From: a virus
Direction: 5' to 3' (one strand)
Virus record (IMG/VR): IMGVR_UViG_3300046318_000188
Span: 57,873 to 121,872 of that record
DNA length: 64,000 nucleotides
Shown in pieces: positions 10,603-20,722 of the stretch. Each line of letters opens with the position of its first letter. The first letter of the stretch is position 1. The position numbers were made by a program, and so were the translations under genes. The notes beneath the pieces were generated by a model. That model saw only the letters and a list, made by a program, of their open reading frames with translations, was not told the DNA's origin and did no database searches.

Positions 10603-11390
10603 AATCAATTGATGAGTGTGGTTTTACTGGTGACAAAGTTATGGTCGTTGGTAATGCAGCACCAGAAACAATCGGTGAATTAATCAAACGTGATTTTATC
10701 ATCGTGCCTATGCCACAGGCAAACATTCCAGTTCATGTATTACGATTCTTAGCTATCTATGAGTTCCTTAGAACCAATTGGAAGAATTATCGATATGTAA
10801 TTACAACAGATGTTAAAGATGTTTACTTTCAAACTAATCCTTCAGAATGGCTGAAAGACCATATTGGATTACACTATAAGTTAGTTGCTGGTTCAGAAGG
10901 CATGAAATATAAAGATGAACCATGGGGTAATGAGAACCTGATGCAAACTTATGGACCATATGTTTATGACCATTTCAAAGATAACGAAATCTACAATGTA
11001 GGAACAATCGGTGGTGCATCAGAATATGTTAAAGATATGGTTTTCAACATCTTTACAAACGCAACCAACCGACCAATTCCTATTGTTGACCAAGCAGTAT
11101 ATAATGTATTGATTCAAACACAACCATTTAAAAATGTAATTAAATTTGCACAACAAAAAGATGGTTGGGCTTGTCAAGCAGGTACAACAGTAGACCCATC
11201 CAAGATTGAACGGTTTAGGCCATTCTTAACCGAAGCAGAACCTACATTCAAAGATGGTATTGTATATACCTCGTTAGGTGAACCTTTCTGTCTTGTTCAC
11301 CAATATGATAGAGTTCCTGAGTGGCGTAGTTATATCATGAATAAGTATAATCAGGAAGACCCAAATAATTATTTCGTTTATAGGACTTAA
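10533..11390 (+). CDS. GT-A fold glycosyltransferase
   Basis: ITTDVKDVYFQ.NP (DxxD), YNVGTIGG, DQAVYN, VHQYDR. Confidence 0.75.
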   Translation: MAQKDLIIGAFTNYNYNQLKPWVESIDECGFTGDKVMVVGNAAPETIGELIKRDFIIVPMPQANIPVHVLRFLAIYEFLRTNWKNYRYVITTDVKDVYFQTNPSEWLKDHIGLHYKLVAGSEGMKYKDEPWGNENLMQTYGPYVYDHFKDNEIYNVGTIGGASEYVKDMVFNIFTNATNRPIPIVDQAVYNVLIQTQPFKNVIKFAQQKDGWACQAGTTVDPSKIERFRPFLTEAEPTFKDGIVYTSLGEPFCLVHQYDRVPEWRSYIMNKYNQEDPNNYFVYRT

Positions 11391-11391
11391 A

Positions 11392-11919
11392 ATGAATTTT
11401 GAACAAGAATATCAAGATGCTTGTAATCGTTCAACCGATATCAATGAACATCTCCCCACACTTTCAGATTTAACTTCTGAGTGTAAACATGTTACCGAAC
11501 TTGGAGTAGGTTGGGCTCAAAGTACTAGAGCTTTCCTCCGTCACGATATAGAAATGCATAGTTATGAATATATGCCTCAACCTGGAATTAAAGAGTTTTT
11601 TCAAGAAGCTAAAGATTCTGGTCGTAATGTAACTCTACATATTGCGGATACTCGTAAGGTAGAAATTGAACTCACAGATTTATTGTTTGTGGATAGTTTA
11701 CATATCTATGAACAAGTACAAAAGGAGTTGGAACTTCATGCAGATAAAGCTAAAAAATATATCGCATTTCACGATACCACATCATTTGAAAATAATGGCG
11801 AATTTGGCGGCCGTGGGATTTGGCCAGCAATTCAAGAATTTATGGATTCGCATCCGGAATGGCAGATGAAACATCGATATACCAACAACAATGGTCTAAC
11901 GGTGTTGCATCGTGTCTAA
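11392..11919 (+). CDS. SAM-dependent methyltransferase (Methyltransf_24-like)
   Basis: VTELGV, DLLFVDSLH, FHDT, NNNGLTVL. Confidence 0.8.
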   Translation: MNFEQEYQDACNRSTDINEHLPTLSDLTSECKHVTELGVGWAQSTRAFLRHDIEMHSYEYMPQPGIKEFFQEAKDSGRNVTLHIADTRKVEIELTDLLFVDSLHIYEQVQKELELHADKAKKYIAFHDTTSFENNGEFGGRGIWPAIQEFMDSHPEWQMKHRYTNNNGLTVLHRV

Positions 11920-12646
11920 TATATCTTTCTTCCATCTTGCTTCAGTTTACCCTAAAGCAACCATAGAAATAATTAAGAATGCAAGAATACATCATACTAA
12001 TGATTATTATTTTTTAGGTGTTGATAATACTATTAGTTATCAGGATATTGCTGATGAATATAAAACAGATTACAAATATTATCATACCAAAGTTGGTGGA
12101 CCAAAAGGTGATTATGGTTATCGTTTAGAAGGTACTTTGGAATTTCTTGCTAGGTTTAAAACGGCTTGCCTTTTGTCTAGGTCATCACATATAATTATGA
12201 TGGAAGATGACGTGTTGATTGTTAAACCTATCACAGTTGATCCGGATTGGGAACATGCGTGTGCTGATACTAAAGTTGGCAACATCATTCCCGAATCAGT
12301 AATTACAATGATTGAAGAACATTCAGGTAAACGACCTACACTCACACAGTATGGTGCAGGTGGAGGTTCAATATTTAAAGTATCAACATTCTTAGAACAT
12401 TATGATAGTAACATCGAATGGTTCAAGAAATACTTTGATATGATTCAAATGGTTTATCCAACAATCGGATATATTGATTGCTTTATGAATGTGTATTATT
12501 GGTTAGCAGGTAAAGATTATTCAGTTAATACACACCGTGCAGATACACATAATCACAAACCAGGATTTGATTATGAATCATTTATAAGTAATCAACCACC
12601 CGAAATTGAAATAATTAATAATTATAAAAAGTATTATTACGAATGA
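11912..12646 (+). CDS. Putative glycosyltransferase
   Basis: IIMMEDDVLI (EDD motif); lies in the glycan island. Confidence 0.55.
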   Translation: MSNISFFHLASVYPKATIEIIKNARIHHTNDYYFLGVDNTISYQDIADEYKTDYKYYHTKVGGPKGDYGYRLEGTLEFLARFKTACLLSRSSHIIMMEDDVLIVKPITVDPDWEHACADTKVGNIIPESVITMIEEHSGKRPTLTQYGAGGGSIFKVSTFLEHYDSNIEWFKKYFDMIQMVYPTIGYIDCFMNVYYWLAGKDYSVNTHRADTHNHKPGFDYESFISNQPPEIEIINNYKKYYYE

Positions 12647-13209
12647 CACTACTTGAACTTTATGAACAGAATCGTGCCAAATATTTGGACACCGATAAAG
12701 AATATCCAACACACCATTATATTAGTAAATTTTATAATGAAAAGTTTGATAAGTTTAAAGATAAAAATTTAAACATATTGGAAATTGGTGTTGGTTCTGG
12801 TGGAAGCTTGTTGCTGTGGAATGATTTCTTTTCGTATGCTTTAATCTATGCTTTAGATATTGGCTCAAGTTTTGACCGTAGATTTGAACAATGTAAAGAG
12901 AATGTTAAGGATATGAAAAAGATATTCTTAACTGAATCGGATGCTTACCAGCAAAAAGTTGCCGACAGTTTACCAAAATTTGATATTATCATTGATGATG
13001 GCCCACATACTTTTGATAGTCATATTAAATTCTTAGAATTGTATCTACCAAAATTGAATTCTGGTGGTATCTTAGTAATTGAAGATATTGATGACATCAA
13101 TTGGACCGAAGAATACAAAAAATATGCTGGCGATTATAAACATTATATTGTTGACACCGACCGCAATTTAGAGTATAATAACCTTTTATTTGTAATAGAA
13201 AAATTATGA
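12643..13209 (+). CDS. SAM-dependent (sugar O-) methyltransferase
   Basis: TDK, ILEIGVGSGGS, FDIIIDDGPH, GGILVIED. Confidence 0.85.
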   Translation: MTLLELYEQNRAKYLDTDKEYPTHHYISKFYNEKFDKFKDKNLNILEIGVGSGGSLLLWNDFFSYALIYALDIGSSFDRRFEQCKENVKDMKKIFLTESDAYQQKVADSLPKFDIIIDDGPHTFDSHIKFLELYLPKLNSGGILVIEDIDDINWTEEYKKYAGDYKHYIVDTDRNLEYNNLLFVIEKL

Positions 13210-14009
13210 ACGATATTACTATTGTAACAGCCTTCTTTGACATTGGTCGTGGAGAATGGAGTCCAGACAAAGGATTGCCACATTACTTACAAAGAACAAA
13301 CGACACCTACTTAGAAAGATTTGGCCACATGGCTAAACTTGAAAATGATATGGTTGTCTACACATCTAAAGAATTTGTGGATGATATTAAGTCATTAAGA
13401 CAAAATAGACCAACACAAATTTTCACGCTTGATTTTCCAAATAGTTTTGAAAAGCTTAGGAAAGAAGTTCAAAAGGTCCAAAAGGATCCTCAGTATCAAG
13501 CCAAAATCAATCCCATGCAAGTAAAAAATCCAGAATACTGGAATGCTGACTATGTTGTTGTTAATGCTCTAAAATCTTCCTTTGTCAAAAAAGCAATTCA
13601 ATCCAATACAATCGATACAGATTTGGTTGCTTGGTTAGACTTTGGTTATTGTCGTGATGAATCCACACTCAATGGCGTAAATTTCTGGCAGTATCCTTTT
13701 AATAAAGAAAAGATTCATTTATTTAATATTAAAGATTGGGTTGAAGGTACATTCATTGAAGAAGTAATTGTAAACAATGATGTTCATATTACTGGTCCAT
13801 GTATTGTCGCAGACAAAAAGATGTGGCCTGTTCTAGAAGCCTTAGTTTATCATTCCATTGAAGAATTACTTAAAAGTAAATTAATTGATGATGACCAAAC
13901 ATTATTGCTGATGTCTTATCTACAAAAACCGGAGTTATTTGAATTACATCGAGTTAATGACCAAGATTGGTTTGTTGCATTTAGGAGTTTTAATGAAAAT
14001 CAAGATTGA
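13206..14009 (+). CDS. HtrL/YibB (WlaTC)-family glycosyltransferase
   Basis: ITIVTAFFDIGRGEW, NPEYWNADY, AWLDFG, DDDQTL. Confidence 0.8.
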   Translation: MNDITIVTAFFDIGRGEWSPDKGLPHYLQRTNDTYLERFGHMAKLENDMVVYTSKEFVDDIKSLRQNRPTQIFTLDFPNSFEKLRKEVQKVQKDPQYQAKINPMQVKNPEYWNADYVVVNALKSSFVKKAIQSNTIDTDLVAWLDFGYCRDESTLNGVNFWQYPFNKEKIHLFNIKDWVEGTFIEEVIVNNDVHITGPCIVADKKMWPVLEALVYHSIEELLKSKLIDDDQTLLLMSYLQKPELFELHRVNDQDWFVAFRSFNENQD

Positions 14010-14724
14010 TTGTACTGCAAACTTAGGTGACTTTTGTAATGCCTTACCAGTAATCTCAGGTATTTCAAAATCTGTTGGACATAAAATTCATCTAATCATT
14101 AGACCAGAAATGCGTAAATTTAATGGCATCAAAGAGTTTTTACAACATCAGAAGATGATTAAAGATGTGGACTTCTCAGATGACCTGCTTGTGTTTGGTG
14201 ATATAATGACTTTGAGTTCTTGGACTCGTATGCAACAAGAAGATGCGGATAGACCGGTTGAAACTTGTCGTTATGAAAATTGGGTTCGTGATAATTATCA
14301 ATTAGACTTTAGAGTTGATGATGACTTTGAAGTTCAAGTCGAACCGACACCCGTAGAAGATGTAACAGATAAAACAATTATTGGTGACAGATGGTCAGCT
14401 CAACAAGACCCAGCAGTTGATACAAGAAGAAATACTAATGTGGTTGAACATGGTGTAAATCCTGACCCAACAAAAGTATTCTATCTTGATTATACAAAAC
14501 CAATCATGTATAATCTTAATCTTATTAAAAACAATCCTAATCCTTTTGTTACTACATTCACAGGCATTGGTATCATTGCTGACTTAATGAACAAAGAAAC
14601 TATTGTTTGTTGGGATGAAGATATGAGAACATGGGATGGTCATCCAGTAGGATTTGATTTTAAAAGACATTATTATGCAGACAGATATTCTAAATTAGTT
14701 TATGTTAAAGATTTAGTTCTATGA
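13993..14724 (+). CDS. Putative GT-B (GT9-like) glycosyltransferase
   Basis: N-terminal NLGDF...PVI and C-terminal FTGIGIIA; RBS AGGAG. Confidence 0.5.
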   Translation: MKIKIDCTANLGDFCNALPVISGISKSVGHKIHLIIRPEMRKFNGIKEFLQHQKMIKDVDFSDDLLVFGDIMTLSSWTRMQQEDADRPVETCRYENWVRDNYQLDFRVDDDFEVQVEPTPVEDVTDKTIIGDRWSAQQDPAVDTRRNTNVVEHGVNPDPTKVFYLDYTKPIMYNLNLIKNNPNPFVTTFTGIGIIADLMNKETIVCWDEDMRTWDGHPVGFDFKRHYYADRYSKLVYVKDLVL

Positions 14725-15422
14725 TACTCAATGTCAAAAAAGGTGTCTTTGGTGATTGCATTCGTAATGGTGATTTGGTTGCTGTTGCGAATGTAGTTGA
14801 ATATCTCAGACAAGAAACTCCAGATTTAAAATTCTACATTTATCCTGATGCAATGGCTCAGGCAGAATATAATAGACAATTTTATTCTTGGATGTTACAA
14901 AATACTAATTACTTCTCCATTTCACCAGGTGAAATTGACTTAAATTGGTCAAGAATTAATCTTTGGGACTTTAGAGATATATCTGGAGATTTGGTTAAGA
15001 TTCATAACCCATTAATACAAGAAAAGAAGATTGTTATTTGTCCTCTTTTCGATGCACCATATAATACTTACCGAAACTGGCCAAGACCTATTTTTGAAGA
15101 TTTATTGGATTATTATGATAAGTCGTTATTTGATGGTTACCAAAAAGTGATTCTTTCACCTAAACCAGAATACTTTAGAGAAGGATGGACACAAAGTATT
15201 GATTTTCTAAACAATTTACACCACATTATGACTGCCGAAGTCTTTGTTGGTGGTGATACTGGAACCAGTCATTTCGCTTGGGCACTTGACAAATCACCTA
15301 AAACTATGATATACTTGAACTCCAGTAGAGGTTTGTTACATACTTTGCCGTTTTATTTATTGTACGGCAAAGGTACCACTAAAACCTATTGGTTGGATTT
15401 CGAAGGATCCAATTTTCAGTAG
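14721..15422 (+). CDS. GT9 (heptosyltransferase)-like glycosyltransferase
   Basis: RNGD near the N-terminus and AEVFVGGDTGTSHFA (GT9 DSG.xH motif). Confidence 0.65.
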   Translation: MILNVKKGVFGDCIRNGDLVAVANVVEYLRQETPDLKFYIYPDAMAQAEYNRQFYSWMLQNTNYFSISPGEIDLNWSRINLWDFRDISGDLVKIHNPLIQEKKIVICPLFDAPYNTYRNWPRPIFEDLLDYYDKSLFDGYQKVILSPKPEYFREGWTQSIDFLNNLHHIMTAEVFVGGDTGTSHFAWALDKSPKTMIYLNSSRGLLHTLPFYLLYGKGTTKTYWLDFEGSNFQ

Positions 15423-15476
15423 ACTATGTATCGAACCCAATCTTTCTAGGTAATGGACCAGAAAGAATGGATGTTG

Positions 15477-15484
15477 TATAAATA
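15477..15484 (+). promoter_or_regulatory. T4-type late promoter TATAAATA
   Basis: Exact consensus, intergenic, upstream of the 15531 operon. Confidence 0.85.
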
Positions 15485-15530
15485 ACCAAACCAAGGCAAC
15501 CATAGTGTGTTGCAAGTCAGAAGGAAAACA

Positions 15531-16721
15531 ATGAAATCGTTTATTAGCTTTTTAAAAGAAGAAACTGAGTCTAGCTCAGAACTTAAGCATATTCATCATG
15601 CTGAAGATAGACCATTAATGCATGGTCACTCAGGTTTTGAACACGCACATGCCGCATTGTTGAAAGCCCACGAACATATGGTTGGTGGTCATAAGAACAC
15701 CAATCTTACAATGAAATATGATGGTTCTCCATCAATCGTGTTTGGCCATCATCCTAAGAATGGTAAGTTCTTTGTAGCAACTAAATCTGCCTTCAATAAG
15801 AATCCAAAGATTAACCACACGGAAGCAGACATCGATAAAAATCATGGCCATGCTCCTGGTTTAGCACACACACTCAAACACGCTTTAAAACACCTTCCAA
15901 AAGTAACACCAAAACATGGTGTATTCCAAGGTGACCTGATGCACCATGCTGACACAAAGACTTTACATGAAAGTTACATTGTAGAAGCGAAGGGTGATGT
16001 TTCCTTTACTCCAAATACAATTACCTATACTGCAAAAGGTAAAGAAGCAGAAAAGATTAAGAAGTCTAAAGTTGGTGTTGTGGTTCATCACCAATATAGT
16101 GATGATATGAAACACGCTTCACCTCATGTAGATACAAGTAAGTTCAAAGAACATCCAGATGTCCATATTCATGGTGCAGAACACGACACCAGCAAAGTAA
16201 AACATTCTCCTGAGAATGAGAAGTCTTTCCAGAAACATATGTCAGCCGCTAAAGAAATACATGATACACATGGTCATAAAATGTATGATTCTGTTCATCC
16301 AAAACATAGTGGAGAAGCGGGCCACCTGTCAACATACATAAACAAAACAGTAAGACATGATGAAGTGCCAAGTGTTAAAGGTTTCAAAGAACACCTACAT
16401 GATGTACATGCCAAGTTAGCATCTAAAGTTTCAACTGAAAAATCCAAGTCTGAGAAAACTGGCGAAGGCAAGAAACAGATTGCTCATGTTGAAAAAAATA
16501 AAGAACATTATGGTAATTTATTCTCGATGCATCATCATTTACACCAAGCTAAAAATGCTTTGGTTAAATCATTAGAAACACATGAAGGTCACTACCAACA
16601 TCACATTGCTGGTAAGAAGTCTAAACCTGAGGGTTTTGTAGTCCATCATGATAATCAACCAACAAAATTGGTTAACCGTGCTGAATTTGCTAAACAAAAT
16701 TTATTAAAGGTTAGAAAATGA
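15531..16721 (+). CDS. His-rich protein with ATP-dependent ligase/nucleotidyltransferase motifs; putative capsid-internal protein
   Basis: KYDGSP (motif I), FQGDL (III), PEGFVV (IV), TKLVNR (V); N-terminus MKSFISFLKEE; RBS AAGGA. Confidence 0.65.
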   Translation: MKSFISFLKEETESSSELKHIHHAEDRPLMHGHSGFEHAHAALLKAHEHMVGGHKNTNLTMKYDGSPSIVFGHHPKNGKFFVATKSAFNKNPKINHTEADIDKNHGHAPGLAHTLKHALKHLPKVTPKHGVFQGDLMHHADTKTLHESYIVEAKGDVSFTPNTITYTAKGKEAEKIKKSKVGVVVHHQYSDDMKHASPHVDTSKFKEHPDVHIHGAEHDTSKVKHSPENEKSFQKHMSAAKEIHDTHGHKMYDSVHPKHSGEAGHLSTYINKTVRHDEVPSVKGFKEHLHDVHAKLASKVSTEKSKSEKTGEGKKQIAHVEKNKEHYGNLFSMHHHLHQAKNALVKSLETHEGHYQHHIAGKKSKPEGFVVHHDNQPTKLVNRAEFAKQNLLKVRK

Positions 16722-17683
16722 AATCGTTTCGTGCTTATATTGTTGAAGGTCGTGGTACATTAACTGCATCTGGTGAAACCGGTGAGGACCATAAAAAGCG
16801 ATATATTGATCCACATGTTGGATCAGATAAACCGACTCACGTTTTGGCCAAAGAACATGATGACCTTCCAAAAGGTTCTGCTATTAAGATTCATAAAACT
16901 GAACATATTAATGGTAAAATCCATGTTCATGCTGAAGATGAAACAGGTAATCATCATGTTATTCCTATTTCCAAATTACATAAACCCGGTGATGAACCTA
17001 AGAATAAAGGACATGAATATGAGTCCAAGTTCGTTGATAGGTTGAAGAAACATGGAATTATGCCTCACCACCTTTCTGGTGCCGGTTCAACAGGTGGTAC
17101 AGACTTTTCTGTTGAGAATAAGAAAAAAGGTAAGTTTCATGCTGGTACTGTTTCTGGCCATCTACTTAACGGTGAAACAAAGAATGGTACAACGGCTGCA
17201 ATGGGCCAGTTAACTATTCATCACAATAAAGAAAAAGGTTGGCACATCAAAGATTCACAAAGAGCGAAACGTCCAGAATATGCTAAACATATTGAGAAGT
17301 CTGGAATTCTTAAACATATGAATAAACATCATCCTGATCCAGAAAAAGAACCAGCTACAGAATCGGGTCGTGCTAAAACCATCGAAATTAAACATCCAAA
17401 TTTACATCCAGCTGAAGGTTATTTGAAAGACCATCATGTTCATGTTTTACAGGTTGGTGGCCATGGTACATACAAGGTTGGAGAAAAAGATGAAACTGGT
17501 CACGGATTGCCTTCAATTTCTGGCAAAGGAAAGTGGAGAATCCGTGAAAAACAAAAAGGTAATAAAAACGCAAGAACAGTAGCTTTTCATCCGGATGGTG
17601 TCAAAGGTTTAAATAAAAGTCACGTTGATTTGGATAAAGATGAACATTTAGATGCATTTAAGAAAACATTGGGCCACAAATAA
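16718..17683 (+). CDS. His-rich protein with a probable PD-(D/E)XK nuclease domain; putative capsid-internal protein
   Basis: GHEYE...GGTDF...NGETK pattern; N-terminus MKSFRAYIVEG. Confidence 0.5.
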   Translation: MKSFRAYIVEGRGTLTASGETGEDHKKRYIDPHVGSDKPTHVLAKEHDDLPKGSAIKIHKTEHINGKIHVHAEDETGNHHVIPISKLHKPGDEPKNKGHEYESKFVDRLKKHGIMPHHLSGAGSTGGTDFSVENKKKGKFHAGTVSGHLLNGETKNGTTAAMGQLTIHHNKEKGWHIKDSQRAKRPEYAKHIEKSGILKHMNKHHPDPEKEPATESGRAKTIEIKHPNLHPAEGYLKDHHVHVLQVGGHGTYKVGEKDETGHGLPSISGKGKWRIREKQKGNKNARTVAFHPDGVKGLNKSHVDLDKDEHLDAFKKTLGHK

Positions 17684-17686
17684 AAT

Positions 17687-19579
17687 ATGAAAAGTTTTTT
17701 AGATATACTTGAAGAAGAAAAAAGTGGTGATAAACACCATGTGATGGCATTTGGCCGCATGAATCCTCCGACTACCGGTCACCTAAAGGTAATCGATAAG
17801 GTTAAAGAAGTTGCAAAAAAGAATAATGCGGAACATTCTGTTGTAACTTCTCATTCACAAGATTCAAAAAAGAATCCGTTAAGTGCCACACAGAAACTCA
17901 AACATCTACATCGTTATTCTCCAGACACACATTTTGTAGCATCTTCAAAAGAACATCCAACATTTTTACACCATGCAGCAGAATTACATAAAAAAGGTGT
18001 AACTCATCTTCACATGGTTGCTGGTTCTGACCGTGTCGCTGAATATAAAAAGAAATTGAATCAATATAACGGTACACATGAAGGTGCATTGTACAATTTC
18101 AAAAAGATTACTGTTCACTCCGCTGGTCATAGAGATCCTGATTCAGAGGGTTCTGAAGGTATGTCCGGTACCAAGATGAGGGAACACGCAAAGAATAAAG
18201 ATATTCATTCTTTCAAAAAAGGTGTTCCATCTCATGTTTCACACGAACATGTAAAAGAATTGATGCATGATACTCGCAAGGGTATGGGTTTACATGAAGA
18301 TACTAACCGTGGTATGTTCAAAGCAATCTTTGTAACGGGTGGTCCTGGTTCAGGTAAAGACATTATTATCCGTGAAGCTATTGCTGAAAGTCGTATTACA
18401 GAATTAAACTTCATTCAAGTGAGAGATTATTTGGGTGACAAACAGAAGTTGTCCGAACAATCCAAAGACTTCCGTAGAGAAGCCATTAGAACTCGTAATC
18501 CATTAATCATTAATGGTCCAGCCGATGATAATGAAAAGATTGCTCAGATTAAAGAAGAATTGGAAGAATTGGGTTATGAAACTCAAATGATTTTTGTTGA
18601 CACTTCTGATGAGGCTTCAAAAGAAAGAAATTCATTATTGTCGAGAATGATGATGGAATCAGTCAGGCAAGACAAATGGGCCAAATCTCAGAGAAATACT
18701 AAATATTTCACAGAAGCCTTCAATAACTTTGTTCCTTTTGATAATACCGGTGACATTGGTAATAAAGAACAAGATATCCATGAAGTATATGAATTGACTA
18801 GAGATTTCTTGGATTCAAGAGTGACAAATGAAACGGCTTTGGATTGGTTAGAAAGAAACCATAAGTCATATGTTAATTTTAAAATAGATACATTATTCAA
18901 GGAAAATAAAAATGTTCAAAGCACTAATCGATTTCTTAAAATCAAAATTCGAAGCGTCCCCACAAAAGGTCCAGCCGACATTAAACCAGACAACAGAACC
19001 GTCAACACAAGCCCAGCCGCTGACGACCTCCAAGGAAACACCTTCCCAAGAAAAAATCCCAACGGAACAACCTACATCGGTGGCCAAGCTGCCGGAGTTT
19101 ACGCCGAAAGTGAAACCAAGAACATCAAAGTCAAAGTCTACTCCGAGCCAAAAGAAACCAAGTTCAGTAAAGACAAAGACAAAGAAAAAAGGTTAAAATT
19201 TGGTGATAAGTCACTAAGTGCCAATCGTATTGGAACTCCTACGGGATTAGGATCCGAATTTAGTACAAGAACTAATGGTACAGGTTTAACTGGTGGTGCA
19301 GGTTTAGGTAATCAAACTTATAGTGAAAGCCAAGAATATAGTAATTCTAGTCCGGCTAGTACAGCAATGCCTAGAGTAGTTTCACCAAATCCATTGAATG
19401 AGAAAAAACCATTTAATGGATTTAGAAAAATAATTAGAAAAGAAGCAATAGATGATCCGGGAGCCAATGATATGGGTGTCGGTGGAACTCTAGGTGGTGC
19501 AACCAATAAGGAACCATTGGTTACTCCTGCTGATAATAAGGTTCGAGTAGATAATCTTTTAAAAAAGAAAAAGAAATAA
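17687..19579 (+). CDS. Cytidyltransferase-like (HxGH) nucleotidyltransferase fused to a P-loop kinase and a disordered tail
   Basis: FGRMNPPTTGH, MVAGSDR, MSGTKMR; then IFVTGGPGSGKD and MIFVDTS; N-terminus MKSFLDILEEE. Confidence 0.8.
   Translation: MKSFLDILEEEKSGDKHHVMAFGRMNPPTTGHLKVIDKVKEVAKKNNAEHSVVTSHSQDSKKNPLSATQKLKHLHRYSPDTHFVASSKEHPTFLHHAAELHKKGVTHLHMVAGSDRVAEYKKKLNQYNGTHEGALYNFKKITVHSAGHRDPDSEGSEGMSGTKMREHAKNKDIHSFKKGVPSHVSHEHVKELMHDTRKGMGLHEDTNRGMFKAIFVTGGPGSGKDIIIREAIAESRITELNFIQVRDYLGDKQKLSEQSKDFRREAIRTRNPLIINGPADDNEKIAQIKEELEELGYETQMIFVDTSDEASKERNSLLSRMMMESVRQDKWAKSQRNTKYFTEAFNNFVPFDNTGDIGNKEQDIHEVYELTRDFLDSRVTNETALDWLERNHKSYVNFKIDTLFKENKNVQSTNRFLKIKIRSVPTKGPADIKPDNRTVNTSPAADDLQGNTFPRKNPNGTTYIGGQAAGVYAESETKNIKVKVYSEPKETKFSKDKDKEKRLKFGDKSLSANRIGTPTGLGSEFSTRTNGTGLTGGAGLGNQTYSESQEYSNSSPASTAMPRVVSPNPLNEKKPFNGFRKIIRKEAIDDPGANDMGVGGTLGGATNKEPLVTPADNKVRVDNLLKKKKK
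18912..19196 (+). CDS. Candidate overprinted gene (94 aa) in an alternative frame inside 17687..19579
   Basis: AAGGA at 18899-18903; amphipathic N-terminus MFKALIDFLKSKF; Lys-rich C-terminus; local T-depletion. Confidence 0.5.
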   Translation: MFKALIDFLKSKFEASPQKVQPTLNQTTEPSTQAQPLTTSKETPSQEKIPTEQPTSVAKLPEFTPKVKPRTSKSKSTPSQKKPSSVKTKTKKKG

Positions 19580-19591
19580 ACGGAGAAAAAA

Positions 19592-20722
19592 ATGTTTACA
19601 AAGAGCAAAATAAGCCAATCAATGATTGATGCTGTTAATAAAGTTTTAGAACACAACCAACCAGAACCTGAGCCGATTCCTAAGACTCCGGCAGAAGGTG
19701 GTAGAGTACCTTGGGTACCCAACACTACTACATTGACAGAATCTTCAGAGAAAGTAACCACACCTACAGGAATGAAAGTATATGGTTCTTCTTATGGTAA
19801 CTCCGCTAAAGCTCGTAAAGACCAAACTAAGTCTGCTGTTGATACACTCAAAGGTCCAAAAGACAAAGAGATGAAAGAAGAACTCAAAGGTGACCAAGAT
19901 AAGATTGATGCTAATCACAATGGTAAAATCGATGGCCAAGACTTTGATATTCTCCGTAAAAAGAAAAAAGTCAAAGAAGATATGCACTTTGCAAATAAAC
20001 TTTTAGAAACAGTCCGTAAGTCTGATGTTCCTGCTTATCTCCGTAAAGCAAAAGGCGACACACCATTGACTGTTGCTGATGTTAAAGGTCCTAAGAAAGA
20101 TTCAATCTCTGCTCCTGAGAACCTTGCAAAGAATCGCAATGAATGGAAAGAAGATACAGATTACAGCGAAGAACAACTTGACGAAATGTTAAATGAAGTT
20201 CTTGGTAAAGATGCTACTGCTGGTGATTGGATTCATGACTTTGTTCATTCAGACAATCCTAAGTTTGCTGGTAAATCTAAAGCAGAACGTAAGAAGATGG
20301 CTCTTGGTGCTTATTATGGTAAACAGAATGAAGCAACCAATTATGAGCCAAGCGATGCAGCAGTTACAACAGATACATTAGCTGGTCGTATGGCTGGTGG
20401 TAAAATGAATTCATTTAAGTCTTACAAATTAAGAGTTAAGCCTTTAGATAAAGAAGGTGAACCTAAACCAGGTGATGATACTCCTAAGACTATTCAACCA
20501 CAAGATACTCCTGCAAGACGTTCACATGAAGTTAAAGAAGCGACTATTGCTGGTACTCCAGGTTGGAAAAAAATACCAAAAGAGGTTAAAGACAAATCTG
20601 GTGCAGTTCACACTCCAATGTCCCGTGCAAGAGATTTGGCTCGCTCTGCTTTCAAAAAAATCAAGAATGAAACAATGATGGGTAAAGCAGGTACTACATC
20701 TGAGAGCAAAAAGAAATGTTAA
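19592..20722 (+). CDS. Putative head-internal/core protein
   Basis: K/E-rich modules separated by L/I-x-E sites; EF-hand-like DANHNGKIDGQDF; RBS GGAG. Confidence 0.55.
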   Translation: MFTKSKISQSMIDAVNKVLEHNQPEPEPIPKTPAEGGRVPWVPNTTTLTESSEKVTTPTGMKVYGSSYGNSAKARKDQTKSAVDTLKGPKDKEMKEELKGDQDKIDANHNGKIDGQDFDILRKKKKVKEDMHFANKLLETVRKSDVPAYLRKAKGDTPLTVADVKGPKKDSISAPENLAKNRNEWKEDTDYSEEQLDEMLNEVLGKDATAGDWIHDFVHSDNPKFAGKSKAERKKMALGAYYGKQNEATNYEPSDAAVTTDTLAGRMAGGKMNSFKSYKLRVKPLDKEGEPKPGDDTPKTIQPQDTPARRSHEVKEATIAGTPGWKKIPKEVKDKSGAVHTPMSRARDLARSAFKKIKNETMMGKAGTTSESKKKC

